DNA of 64,000 bases, from NCBI GenBank assembly GCA_028279595.1, contig JANQNK010000020.1, forward strand, positions 320,001 through 384,000. The letters are read 5' to 3'. Under the pieces are notes generated by a model. That model saw nothing but the letters and a program-made list of their open reading frames with translations, did no database searches and had not been told where the DNA came from. Positions 19,278 through 29,058 of this stretch are shown here, piece by piece; position 1 is the stretch's first letter, and the number at the start of each line of letters is the position of its first letter. The stretch comes from Thermoplasmatota archaeon. Its GTDB lineage: Archaea > Thermoplasmatota > JAKEGO01. The position numbers and the translations under genes were made by a program.

Positions 19278-22200
19278 ATGAGATCTTTCGCGATATTGTT
19301 CACTTTCACCGCTTTGTGTGTGATGTTGACCATCTGCGGCTCCTCGGAAGCGGATACGATCATTGTTGACCCAGTCTGGGACGGGGCTGACTACAGCATG
19401 ATCCACGAAGCGGCCGAGAACGCCAGTGCTGGTGATACGATCCGCGTTCACGCCGGTACCTACGTCATCGTAGAGGGGGAGAGCGGGTGGTCGGCGACCA
19501 GTTACCCGATAATCCTGAGCAAGAGGATCAACCTGATCGGGAACGGAAGCTCGGACACGATCATCGACGGATGGAAATGGGTCGACCATGCGCATAACAT
19601 CCACGTCTCCGCCGGCGGATGCGTGATAGACGGATTCACCATCAAGGCCTCCTCCGTGCACCACGAGTTCGGCGGCGTTGGATTGTATGCGTCGAACACG
19701 AAGATACTGAACTGCACCTTCGAGAACAACAACTGGGCCATCAACTTCCTCGGCGGCAAGAAGGCGACCATCTCGAACTGCACCTTCATCAGGAACCGGG
19801 CCAACATAATGTGTTACAACGATGGTGGTGAGGACACCATCATCGGGAACACCTTCGAGGACTCCTACGTCTCATACACAGGCGATGAATCGACCTACGC
19901 CAACAACACGGGCGGCTCGATCTCTATCTCCGGGGACGACAACCTGGTACGCGACAGCCACTTCCCCTCCTCCAGCAGTGGATTGAGGATCGACGGGAGC
20001 TTCAACCACGTCAACAACAACACGATGGTCGGCAACGCACCAGTGGACAACTGGACCTACGGAAGGGGCCTGTACATCGCGACCGAATCCGACGACAACG
20101 TGATCGAGAACAACACCATTGCTGACAACTCCGTTGGCATCCACATCGCAGGCAGCTGGCGACATCCGACCCATGGATTGCTGAGCGAGCCTGCGGAGGA
20201 CAATGTCATACAATTCAACAACATATTCGGCAATGACGAAGGGATAGTCGCCACGACGAACCACGACGGCGATACCTTCGCCGACGACAACTGGTGGGGC
20301 GACGCCTCCGGTCCCAGTGGAGACGGTTTCAACGGGACCGGAGACTCTGTCAGCAACAACACTGTCGTGGACACATGGCTCGGCCAGGCGATGGACCTCT
20401 ACATCCCGCCGATCGCCCGTATCCTGACCCCGATGGGCAAGCACGACAACCACCCGATCGTGTGGAACGAGACCTTTCACATCGAAGGGTACGGTACCGG
20501 CGACATCCAGCGATACGTCTGGCGGAGCAGCATCCACGGTGAGATCTACAACGGCACGGATTCCTCTTTCAACATCAGCACGCTCGACCCCGGAAAGCAT
20601 ACCATTTCATTGAGAGTACAGAACACCGACGACGAATGGGGTCCCTGGACCAACAGGTACCTCTTCGTGAACATGCTTCCTGTGATAATCAAAGCATCGA
20701 TAACCCCGAACGCAGTCATGCTCGGGGAATCCATCACCCTGAACGTGACCGCAAAGGACTACGACGGCTACGTCAGGGAGCATGATTACTTCTGGGTCAG
20801 CAACATCAGCGGGGAGCTCACCCATATCTCGCTTCCCATGGATCTCGGCAATTTCACAAGGCACGCGCCCCAAGCCGGTGTACACACAGTTACCGTCACC
20901 GTCAGGGACAACTGGATGTTCATGAGCAAACCCTACAACCTCACTCTGATCGTCCAGCAGAGGCCGGTCGGTTACCTGGAGCCAGGTTGGAATCTCGTAA
21001 TCGTGAGCGACAGCAACCTGACCGTCAAGTGCCACGGAAGGGACCAGGATGGCGAGGTCGTCCAGTGGAGCCTGGCATCTGATATCGATGGGTCGCTCTA
21101 CAATGGAAGCAGCCTGCCGATACATGACGGACCCGTCAGCAAGTACATCAACTGGACGTTCGAGGGTCTCACGAACGGAGTACACAACATTACCCTCCTC
21201 GTGAAGGACAACGACGGATTCTGGTCATATCCCTACACCAGACCGCTGATAGTCCACGACAGGCCGGTAGCCACTATAGAGGCGATCCATCCGGATCCGG
21301 CCCTCGAAGGTGATTACGTCCAGTTCAATGGAAGCGCGGTAGATGATGGAACGATCGAGGTCTATGTCTGGGAGAGCAGCCTGGATGGAGAGATATACAA
21401 CGGGAACAAGTCGAGTTTCGTTACGTTCAATCTGTCACTGGGGGACCACATCATAACGTTCAAGGTCCAGGACGACAACGGCGCCTGGAGCCACGAGGTG
21501 AACTCCTCGATATCGATAACGGAGTCTCCTGTCGCGACGATTGTCAAGATATCTCCAAGTCCGGCCCTGGTCAATGAGAGCGTATCGTTCATCGGTGAGG
21601 GCCGTTACTCCAACGGCACGATAATCGCATATGTCTGGAACTCATCCCTCGACGGGGTGATCGGCCGAACCACGAACTTGACACTGAACAACCTGACCAA
21701 GGGGAAGCACAGGATATCCCTCACCGTAAGGGCCACTGGAGGGATATGGTCAGTTCCGAAGAAGAGGACACTGATAGTCCACGAGAAGCCCATCGCGGTG
21801 ATCGACTCGATCCATCCAGACCCAGGCCTCGAGGGCGACCCCGCCTACTTCGCGGGGCACGGGATCGATGACGATCCCATCCTGCGCTACGTATGGAGCA
21901 GCAGTATCGACGGAGAGTTCCTCAATGGTTCCGAGGATAACCAGACGACGTCCATGCTGTCCTTCGGGAAGCATACGATCCTGTTCAAGGTCCTCGATAA
22001 CAACGGCGCATGGAGCGACAAGGTAAGTATGACCTACTGGGTGAACGCCATGCCCATCGCCAGCATCATCACTATAGACCCGGACCCAGCGATCTTCGGC
22101 GAGAACACCACCCTCACTGGTGAGGGGAGCCACAGCAACGGGTCGATCGTCGGATCGAAGTGGACATCCGACCTCGATGGACTTCTGGATCGTGGAATGG

Positions 22201-24305
22201 AGATCACACTTGCGAACCTGACGAAGGGATATCACAATATCTCGTTCAGCGTTGTTGACGACAAGGGTATATGGTCGCGTGAGAAGTCGTACATACTGCC
22301 TGTCTTCAGCAGACCATCGGCCAGCATCGAGAGGATATCCCCGAATCCCGCAATGGATGGGGACATGATAACGTTCAACGGATCCGGCACAGGCGAACGT
22401 CCCATCTCGGCCCTCCAGTGGTGGCTGGACGGCGATTACCTGAGCTCGAATCCCGAGATCAAGGTACCTGACCTGGACGCAGGTGAGTACACTGTCCGAT
22501 TCAGGGTCGTCGACAATGCGGGTGTCTGGTCCGATGACGCCACCGAGACCCTCGTCATCAACGGGATCCCCAAGGCTGTCGTCGTATCCATCTCGCCCGA
22601 CCCGGCCAACGCCGGCGAGGTCGTCGAATTCACAGGCGGATACATCGACCTCGAGGACAACGTAACAGGCTTCCGATGGGAGTCGAACCTGGATGGTCTC
22701 CTGAGCGATCAGCAGGTGTTCAACACGACAGGACTGTCCAATGGGACTCACCGGATCACGCTCAGGGTCATGGACCATCATGGCGCGTGGTCGCCCACGG
22801 AGATCTCCAACGTCACTGTCAACGGATTGCCCTTCGCGAGGATCGTCTCGATAATCCCTTCCGTGGCGAACGAATCGCAGAAGATCAACTTCACCGGAGA
22901 TTCCATGGACTTCGAGTACGACATCGATGAGTGGAGATGGGTATCCAACTTGGACGGTCCACTCAGCGGAGAGATGTCGTTCACTACCGGCGAGCTCTCC
23001 AACGGGACCCATGTCATATCCCTGAGTGTCTTGGATGGCTACAATGTCTGGTCAGAGAACGTCACCAGGACCGTCATGGTGAACGGCCGTCCCCTTGGTA
23101 GGATAGGATCGATAACGCCCGAGGTCCCTAACGAAGGAGACAACGTGACGTTCTACGGCGGCTATCTCGACCACGAGGACCATGTGGCTGGATTCCATTG
23201 GGAATCCGATATCGACGGGGAGCTCAGCGATGCCGCCCATTTCAGTACCTCCAACCTATCCGCCGGTATTCACAACATCACCTTCCGGGTGATGGACGGG
23301 AACGGTCTGTGGTCAACGAACAAAACACGATCGCTCGAGGTCAACGGTCTACCCACGGCCCGTATCATCAACATCGATCCGTCCCCGTCCAGCGAGGGCC
23401 AGACAGTGAACCTGACCGGTGGATACACTGATCTCGAGAATGACGTTGTCGATTTCGAATGGGTCTCGGACATCGACGGTACCCTCGGCGACCTTCAGAA
23501 TGTCTGGATCGATGGCCTATCGAACGGGACTCACAACATCTCCTTCCGTGTCATGGACCATCGGGGCGAGTGGTCGGAATACGTTACAGATACATTGACC
23601 GTCAATGGGATCCCAAGGGCGAGCCTCACGGTGAACGCCCCGAGTCCGACCTACCGGAGGGATCTGATCGGGTTCATAGCCACGTATTCGGACGACGGGG
23701 CTGTCGTCGAATTCAAATGGCGGTCGGACATCGACGGTATGCTCAGCGAGAACCCTTCCTTCGAAACGGACGACCTCTCCGTCGGGACCCATACCATAGT
23801 TCTGAGGGTCAGGGATGACATGGGAGACTGGTCGTCTGATGCAACGATCTCGTTGCAGGTCCTCGAACGCATCTACGAGGTCGAGATCACCGGGCTCGAT
23901 TACCCACTGACCGCGAGAGTTGGTGATATCGTCACCGTGTCGGCTACCATCGAGAACACGGGTGAATTCACCATCGACGAACTCCGCCTTAGATTGACTG
24001 TGGGTGAGTCCACGATAACCGTCATCAAAACGGATCCCGTGCTTTCGGGGAATTCGACCGTGGCGACCTTCGAATGGACGGCAGTCCAGGGGAACCACAC
24101 CCTGGTGGCGCGTGCCGATGTCAACGGGGAACTGCTTGATATGGAAACCTCATCGGGCAGGCTGGTCGTGAAGGAGGCGAAGACTCCGACCGGAGATGGT
24201 GATGACGAATTCTCACCGGTACTGATGATCATCATCGGGGTCATCGTTGCCGAGGTCGCCCTTATCGCGTTCGTCGCCGTTCGGTGGATGAACATCAAGA
24301 AATGA
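19278..24305 (+). CDS. Giant surface protein: beta-helix, 13 tandem PKD-like repeats, CARDB-like domain, TM anchor
   Basis: ATG 19278 after GGAGG; signal peptide; DNWWGDASGP beta-helix cap; repeated W-x-S-D/N-I/L-D-G...G-x-H-x-I-x-F/L-x-V-x-D-x-x-G-x-W-S. Confidence 0.9.
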   Translation: MRSFAILFTFTALCVMLTICGSSEADTIIVDPVWDGADYSMIHEAAENASAGDTIRVHAGTYVIVEGESGWSATSYPIILSKRINLIGNGSSDTIIDGWKWVDHAHNIHVSAGGCVIDGFTIKASSVHHEFGGVGLYASNTKILNCTFENNNWAINFLGGKKATISNCTFIRNRANIMCYNDGGEDTIIGNTFEDSYVSYTGDESTYANNTGGSISISGDDNLVRDSHFPSSSSGLRIDGSFNHVNNNTMVGNAPVDNWTYGRGLYIATESDDNVIENNTIADNSVGIHIAGSWRHPTHGLLSEPAEDNVIQFNNIFGNDEGIVATTNHDGDTFADDNWWGDASGPSGDGFNGTGDSVSNNTVVDTWLGQAMDLYIPPIARILTPMGKHDNHPIVWNETFHIEGYGTGDIQRYVWRSSIHGEIYNGTDSSFNISTLDPGKHTISLRVQNTDDEWGPWTNRYLFVNMLPVIIKASITPNAVMLGESITLNVTAKDYDGYVREHDYFWVSNISGELTHISLPMDLGNFTRHAPQAGVHTVTVTVRDNWMFMSKPYNLTLIVQQRPVGYLEPGWNLVIVSDSNLTVKCHGRDQDGEVVQWSLASDIDGSLYNGSSLPIHDGPVSKYINWTFEGLTNGVHNITLLVKDNDGFWSYPYTRPLIVHDRPVATIEAIHPDPALEGDYVQFNGSAVDDGTIEVYVWESSLDGEIYNGNKSSFVTFNLSLGDHIITFKVQDDNGAWSHEVNSSISITESPVATIVKISPSPALVNESVSFIGEGRYSNGTIIAYVWNSSLDGVIGRTTNLTLNNLTKGKHRISLTVRATGGIWSVPKKRTLIVHEKPIAVIDSIHPDPGLEGDPAYFAGHGIDDDPILRYVWSSSIDGEFLNGSEDNQTTSMLSFGKHTILFKVLDNNGAWSDKVSMTYWVNAMPIASIITIDPDPAIFGENTTLTGEGSHSNGSIVGSKWTSDLDGLLDRGMEITLANLTKGYHNISFSVVDDKGIWSREKSYILPVFSRPSASIERISPNPAMDGDMITFNGSGTGERPISALQWWLDGDYLSSNPEIKVPDLDAGEYTVRFRVVDNAGVWSDDATETLVINGIPKAVVVSISPDPANAGEVVEFTGGYIDLEDNVTGFRWESNLDGLLSDQQVFNTTGLSNGTHRITLRVMDHHGAWSPTEISNVTVNGLPFARIVSIIPSVANESQKINFTGDSMDFEYDIDEWRWVSNLDGPLSGEMSFTTGELSNGTHVISLSVLDGYNVWSENVTRTVMVNGRPLGRIGSITPEVPNEGDNVTFYGGYLDHEDHVAGFHWESDIDGELSDAAHFSTSNLSAGIHNITFRVMDGNGLWSTNKTRSLEVNGLPTARIINIDPSPSSEGQTVNLTGGYTDLENDVVDFEWVSDIDGTLGDLQNVWIDGLSNGTHNISFRVMDHRGEWSEYVTDTLTVNGIPRASLTVNAPSPTYRRDLIGFIATYSDDGAVVEFKWRSDIDGMLSENPSFETDDLSVGTHTIVLRVRDDMGDWSSDATISLQVLERIYEVEITGLDYPLTARVGDIVTVSATIENTGEFTIDELRLRLTVGESTITVIKTDPVLSGNSTVATFEWTAVQGNHTLVARADVNGELLDMETSSGRLVVKEAKTPTGDGDDEFSPVLMIIIGVIVAEVALIAFVAVRWMNIKK

Positions 24306-24367
24306 GGACCGCGTGATAGGGAACAGTTATTACCCTGGCCTCGATTCTATCCTCGATAGGTGGTCGT

Positions 24368-24808
24368 ATGTTCGGTAGGAAGAAAAAGGCCAAGGGGCAC
24401 AAGAAAATCCCCGGCGAAAAGCTACGTCCACGGGTCAACTACTTCATCGACGGCGAGAAGGTCGTGTTCCGGCTGAACGGCCTCGATTTCACCTTCGAAT
24501 CCTTCTATCTGGCCTACAGCGACGAATGGATGAGGATATTCATCCTGGAGGAGGCGCCGATGAACCTCATCATGATATCCGACGTTGCCCACGAGGAGGT
24601 GGAGGTCGACCGTGAGGAGGTCATCAACGCCGACACGGTCTCGTTCACGCTACAGCTCAAGGACGAGGACTTCGTCAACGTGATCGACCGCCTCCGCGAG
24701 GTCACGGAACCCCACGAGGCTTTCGATGTGGGCGGTGACAGGCTGAAGGACCCGTCGAAGTACAACATTAGGCGATGGGGCATGAAGCAGGTGCTCTATG
24801 ATGAATGA
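24368..24808 (+). CDS. Hypothetical protein
   Basis: 146-aa ORF with genome-typical codon usage and an AGGTGG upstream. Confidence 0.65.
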   Translation: MFGRKKKAKGHKKIPGEKLRPRVNYFIDGEKVVFRLNGLDFTFESFYLAYSDEWMRIFILEEAPMNLIMISDVAHEEVEVDREEVINADTVSFTLQLKDEDFVNVIDRLREVTEPHEAFDVGGDRLKDPSKYNIRRWGMKQVLYDE

Positions 24809-24856
24809 GTGCATCCCAACAGCTCGGTCGTATTTCAGATTCCTGGAATATCCAGC

Positions 24857-25627
24857 CTAGTCCGGCCTTAGTGTGCCAGCGAAAACCTGCCAGGCGAGCG
24901 CCGATTTCGCTACAAGGCTCAGGATGACATACATCCTCTCACCGTAGAGATAGTCCTTCCACTTGCCAACCCTGCGGTACTGGAGCATCATGTTGAGGGC
25001 GAAGCAGTTGAAGAATATCGCTATCGAAACGTAGATCCCGTACACGAAATCAGGAGGGCCTCCGTCCCCTCCTCCTGCACCGAGCAGATGGATCGCAATG
25101 ACGATCCAGGGGATGATCCCGGCGATCGACCCGATGATGAAAGGCGTCCAGTTGACCTTCTTCCTTTTGTGGTTCATCTGCTCCATGAGAAGGCCGAAGT
25201 AGATCATCGTCGCGTTCACGAAGAAGAGGAGGAGCAGTGTGCCGACGTCGTAGATCCCGGTCAGCATGGCGATCGCGACTATCATGATGGAAGCGCTGAC
25301 GGAGTACTCGTACCAGCGGTACGGGTTCATCCTCTTCTTGAGGTTAGCAACATACTTGTCGTATAGTACCGTTGCGATCAGGAAGTGAGCGATCGCCGAT
25401 ATGAAAAGGAATAGTGCGATCAGGTAGCCCAGGCGGACCTCGGCGATCGTCACGGATTCGTGGACGAGCCTTTCCGTCGTCTCGTCCAACTTCAGGAAAC
25501 CCCTGGTAATCGGCAGTGTGAAATCGTTGCTCAGCACCACCATCAGCATCCCCTGGATGGTGTGCAGGAAGCCCATTATCAGGTTGAACCTCTTCAATTT
25601 CTGGTATTTCACCTCGTCGCCTTTCAT
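24857..25627 (-). CDS. heR: Heliorhodopsin
   Basis: FNLIMGFLH, SAIAH, NPYRWYEYSVSAS (counterion Glu), and SLVAKSALAWQVFAG with the retinal-binding Lys; 7 TM. Confidence 0.96.
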   Translation of the reverse strand: MKGDEVKYQKLKRFNLIMGFLHTIQGMLMVVLSNDFTLPITRGFLKLDETTERLVHESVTIAEVRLGYLIALFLFISAIAHFLIATVLYDKYVANLKKRMNPYRWYEYSVSASIMIVAIAMLTGIYDVGTLLLLFFVNATMIYFGLLMEQMNHKRKKVNWTPFIIGSIAGIIPWIVIAIHLLGAGGGDGGPPDFVYGIYVSIAIFFNCFALNMMLQYRRVGKWKDYLYGERMYVILSLVAKSALAWQVFAGTLRPD

Positions 25628-25717
25628 CTTGATCCCACCGTTCGACTGAATGTTAATCGACCCCTGTGGTGTTATTAATATCCAATCCCAAATCGAGATG
25701 ACCTGAAAATGGGGTTT

Positions 25718-27508
25718 CTAAGACCCACCGTACACGACCGTCGTCGATGCCTGGAGGACATGACCTCCGGAGAACGTCCTCGATCCCACGATGGTTATCT
25801 CCATCGGCGATCCCGAGAGGAACACCAGGATCAGGTCGATCCTAAGTAGAAGTGTCAGGATGCTGATGTCGAGGGTAGCATTGACCGTCTGGACCCCCTG
25901 TACTATGTTCGGATCGTGCAAGTAGATCTCACCGATCTGTCCACCGTTGTAGTAGGCCCGGAACTCGAAATCCGTCAGGTTTACTGTGGCAGGAAGCGTG
26001 TTGTTCAATGTCGCTGTGATCCCGATCTGCGTCGTCAGGATCCCCAGGTCGATGTTGACGTCGTCGAGGGTGAGGTCGACGCCGCCCTCCTCGCTGAGGG
26101 CCGTCTCCGTCTCGAACTCCGTCGACAATCTGGAGAGCGTCCGTCCGTTCAGGTCGACGCCGGCCACCTGAAGGGTCATCGGTACCCCAATAAGCGCGTT
26201 TGCTGCCAGATCGTTCAGGACGTCGACGTTCTCGGCCGGGACGGTTATATTGAATTCCAGCTCGTTCGGTCCTCGGTCGAGGATACCATCGGTTGACACG
26301 GTTGTCATCGATGTGCCATTGTAGGAGAGGTCGAAGTTCAATCCCTCCAGAGTGAGCTTCACTACTGATGGATTGTCGATGGTCGTCCTGACGTCGACGT
26401 TCAGACCGGAGTCGTCGGTCGTGACGTCGGCCATGACGATGTCGATCTCAAGGTCGTTTAGTCCTCCGAGGTCGGAGCCGCTGTCCTCGAAGTCGCTGGC
26501 ATAACCTTCCGAAAGTCTCGAGAGGAGCCTGCCATTCCTGTCGATCCCCTTGATGACGATAGACGGAGGGAATCCGTCCGCGAGTTCGGAGACCAGGGGA
26601 CGATACCTCTCTACATCATCCGGTCCGATGTTGAAGGCGATATGCATCGGATTGTCTCCCTTGACGAGCATGCCCTCGGTGGAATGCGAGAACAGCAATG
26701 TATCGTTGTGCATGATGTCGAAGCTCAATCCCTCAAGCGTGGATTCCAGCATTCCGGAATTGACGACCGTGGCATTGATGTCGACAGCCAACCCGCCTTC
26801 ACCGTCGTCGAGGATGTCCACGAGGTCGAGCCTGGTATCGATCGTCTTTCCCTTCCCGATCTCGAATCTCCTGTCCAGGTCCATGTCGAACGTGAACGGA
26901 CCCCTTGTCGAGACCTTTCCCTTCACGCGGGCGACAGCACCCTTGTCTGTGAACGTCTGCTCGGCAAGGGCGTACATACCTGCGGGATCCTCCTCCCTGA
27001 GAACGATGGTCATCGATATGTCGTTGTCTCCCGGTCCGACATGAAGCGGCGGCAGTTTGAACGATCCGACCTTCCTTCCCCAATGGTGCAATGTCAGGTC
27101 GGCCTTCTTTGTGTCGGCAGAGAAGATCGATGGGTTCTTCACGACCAGATCGACCTCCGTCAACAGGGAATGGTTACCTGTCTCGACGATCCTGACCCTC
27201 TCTATCTCGACATCGATGTCCCCGAGGACGGAATAGGCATAGACAAGAAGTATGATGATCCCGAGGAGTAGTATCATGAGGGCCATGCAAACAGCGAGGA
27301 GCTTCTTCCACAGCGGGACACCCTTTTCCGTCTTAGAATGGACGGGTGGAGCAGGCTTCCTACCCGGTCTCCAATGTTCTTCGGGTCGTCTTCCTCGCGG
27401 GCGATACTTCGGTGGAGGGGACGCTGCTCGTCCGTATCGAGGCCCCGACCTCACCGGAGGTCGGAAGAGTGAATCCTCGAGCCTATAACCACGACGCGCC
27501 CTTTCCAT
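25718..27508 (-). CDS. Membrane-anchored protein with four LEA_2-like beta domains
   Basis: Arg/Pro-rich N-tail, one TM, four repeats of V-x-N-P-S...L-x-F-D-x-x-Y-N-G...G-x-N. Confidence 0.75.
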   Translation of the reverse strand: MERARRGYRLEDSLFRPPVRSGPRYGRAASPPPKYRPRGRRPEEHWRPGRKPAPPVHSKTEKGVPLWKKLLAVCMALMILLLGIIILLVYAYSVLGDIDVEIERVRIVETGNHSLLTEVDLVVKNPSIFSADTKKADLTLHHWGRKVGSFKLPPLHVGPGDNDISMTIVLREEDPAGMYALAEQTFTDKGAVARVKGKVSTRGPFTFDMDLDRRFEIGKGKTIDTRLDLVDILDDGEGGLAVDINATVVNSGMLESTLEGLSFDIMHNDTLLFSHSTEGMLVKGDNPMHIAFNIGPDDVERYRPLVSELADGFPPSIVIKGIDRNGRLLSRLSEGYASDFEDSGSDLGGLNDLEIDIVMADVTTDDSGLNVDVRTTIDNPSVVKLTLEGLNFDLSYNGTSMTTVSTDGILDRGPNELEFNITVPAENVDVLNDLAANALIGVPMTLQVAGVDLNGRTLSRLSTEFETETALSEEGGVDLTLDDVNIDLGILTTQIGITATLNNTLPATVNLTDFEFRAYYNGGQIGEIYLHDPNIVQGVQTVNATLDISILTLLLRIDLILVFLSGSPMEITIVGSRTFSGGHVLQASTTVVYGGS

Positions 27509-27690
27509 TCCGCTCCCTCGGTATGAAAATATCCGGTTTCATACATAAAAAGCATTGTGGAGGGTTTGGACAATCGGATTTTTCTGGAGAAACACCGCAG
27601 TCTGGCACATCCAGGATGGATGTCATCTTCCGATCCGCGGCATACCTCCTTACCAAATTCCTTAATAGTGAGGTCCAACATTCTCCTGCT

Positions 27691-28278
27691 ATGGGAGCGA
27701 AGATGAAGTGGGTCCTATCGGCCGTTCTCGTCGTGACATTCGTACTGACCATCTTATCCATGATACCGTCCGCGGAAGGTCTCGACGGTGACATCAATAC
27801 ACTGGAGAACGGCACCTACTCCACCTTCGACAGGAAGTTCAAGGACGGCGACCAGCTGACCTTCGCATTCGAGACCGGCAATGACATCCCGATCGACGTC
27901 TTCTCGGTCGACAACCTGAACTACGAACTCTACAAGGACGGTGAAAACTTCCTGTATTTCACCGGGACCTTCCTGAATGCGACAGAGGGGAATGCCACGA
28001 TCGACTTCACCTATACGGACCACTACTACATCGTATTCGACAACACCTACGTCGGAGAAGCCCAACCGCCAAACGGGTCCATCGTGATCGAGACGGAGAT
28101 TTCCTATTACATCGCCGGTTCGAACGCGCCACCCCCGGGTGCCGAGGTGGAGGTCACGAGCGGTAACGATCCTTACTTCTACTATCCTGGATACATCCTC
28201 GTCATCATCCTGGTCCTGATGGTCATCCTGATCGCCTATCTCTTCCGTTCCGGTGACGACTACCTGGACTACCAGTGA
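27691..28278 (+). CDS. Small secreted protein with C-terminal TM anchor
   Basis: Signal peptide, beta-rich domain (YYIVFDNT), C-terminal hydrophobic helix. Confidence 0.75.
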   Translation: MGAKMKWVLSAVLVVTFVLTILSMIPSAEGLDGDINTLENGTYSTFDRKFKDGDQLTFAFETGNDIPIDVFSVDNLNYELYKDGENFLYFTGTFLNATEGNATIDFTYTDHYYIVFDNTYVGEAQPPNGSIVIETEISYYIAGSNAPPPGAEVEVTSGNDPYFYYPGYILVIILVLMVILIAYLFRSGDDYLDYQ

Positions 28279-28400
28279 TGATCGCTCAGCCCATCTGACG
28301 ACTGCCGAGTCCATGGACAAGTGTTTTGTAATCGATATCGGATGATACCTGCGTGCCAGACGAAGTGAACAGCATAAGATCGCGTTGCAACTCCAGACAG

Positions 28401-28829
28401 ATGGCATTCATACTCCTGGGACTAGTGGTGACGCTGATCGTCTCGGTCTCCATCTGGATTTTCATGGAGGTCGACTCGTCGGACCAGCCGTTGTACAGGG
28501 TCCTCTACCTTCTCCCGCATCTGGTCTGGCTATTTCCTATCTACCGGGCTTACAAGAACGACAAGACCATCAGTTCCATCGAGTTCTACGAGGACTATCT
28601 TACGATCAAGAGACTTGTCGAGAAGGATTATTCCGTTCACTGGATGGCCGTCAAGAAGATCAAGTACAAGGACGGACGCTCCTGCTTCTCCAAAGGCCTT
28701 GTAATAGAATTGAAGTCCGGTAAGAGCTTCGAGATGATATGCGAGAGGGAGGTCTTCGACGCGGTCATCAAGGAGTTGAAGAAGTTCCGGGTCCTCGAGG
28801 CCGAGCGAAGGAAGGCCAAGGCACAGTAA
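28401..28829 (+). CDS. Two-TM membrane protein with a small soluble domain
   Basis: Two hydrophobic segments, then a beta-rich, PH-like pattern. Start position uncertain (28353 or 28401). Confidence 0.6.
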   Translation: MAFILLGLVVTLIVSVSIWIFMEVDSSDQPLYRVLYLLPHLVWLFPIYRAYKNDKTISSIEFYEDYLTIKRLVEKDYSVHWMAVKKIKYKDGRSCFSKGLVIELKSGKSFEMICEREVFDAVIKELKKFRVLEAERRKAKAQ

Positions 28830-28832
28830 GCC

Positions 28833-28953
28833 ATGGGCCAGGGCGGATCATCGCGGAACCTTCGGTCCCGCTTGCCTTGGAATTACTTCACTACCAGAAT
28901 TTATCAACCGTTATTCCAAGATCGAACTGCGTTCGAATCCGCCGCATGGCCCA
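28833..28953. repeat. Palindromic element with arms derived from the tRNA-Val 3' end
   Basis: 28833-48 ATGGGCCAGGGCGGAT is identical to 28977-92. 28931-53 GTTCGAATCCGCCgcaTGGCCCA is an inverted copy. Inner inverted repeat CTTGGAATTAC/GTTATTCCAAG. Confidence 0.75.
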
Positions 28954-28977
28954 ACCAATGATTGATTAATTAGAATA

Positions 28978-29050
28978 TGGGCCAGGGCGGATTCGAACCG
29001 CCGACCACTGCCTTGTAAGGGCAGCGTCATAACCACTAGACCACTGGCCC
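28978..29050 (-). tRNA. tRNA-Val (anticodon TAC), CCA not encoded
   Basis: GGGCCAG acceptor stem, D arm TAGTGGTTATGAC, anticodon arm CTGCC-CTTACAA-GGCAG, T arm GGCGGTTCGAATCCGCC. Confidence 0.97.
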
Positions 29051-29058
29051 ATTGCTGC

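Noticed and set aside
20480-23860. Repeats as a CRISPR array or DGR template/variable pair
   Set aside because: They are in-frame, diverged protein-domain repeats. No identical spaced repeats, cas genes or reverse transcriptase were seen.
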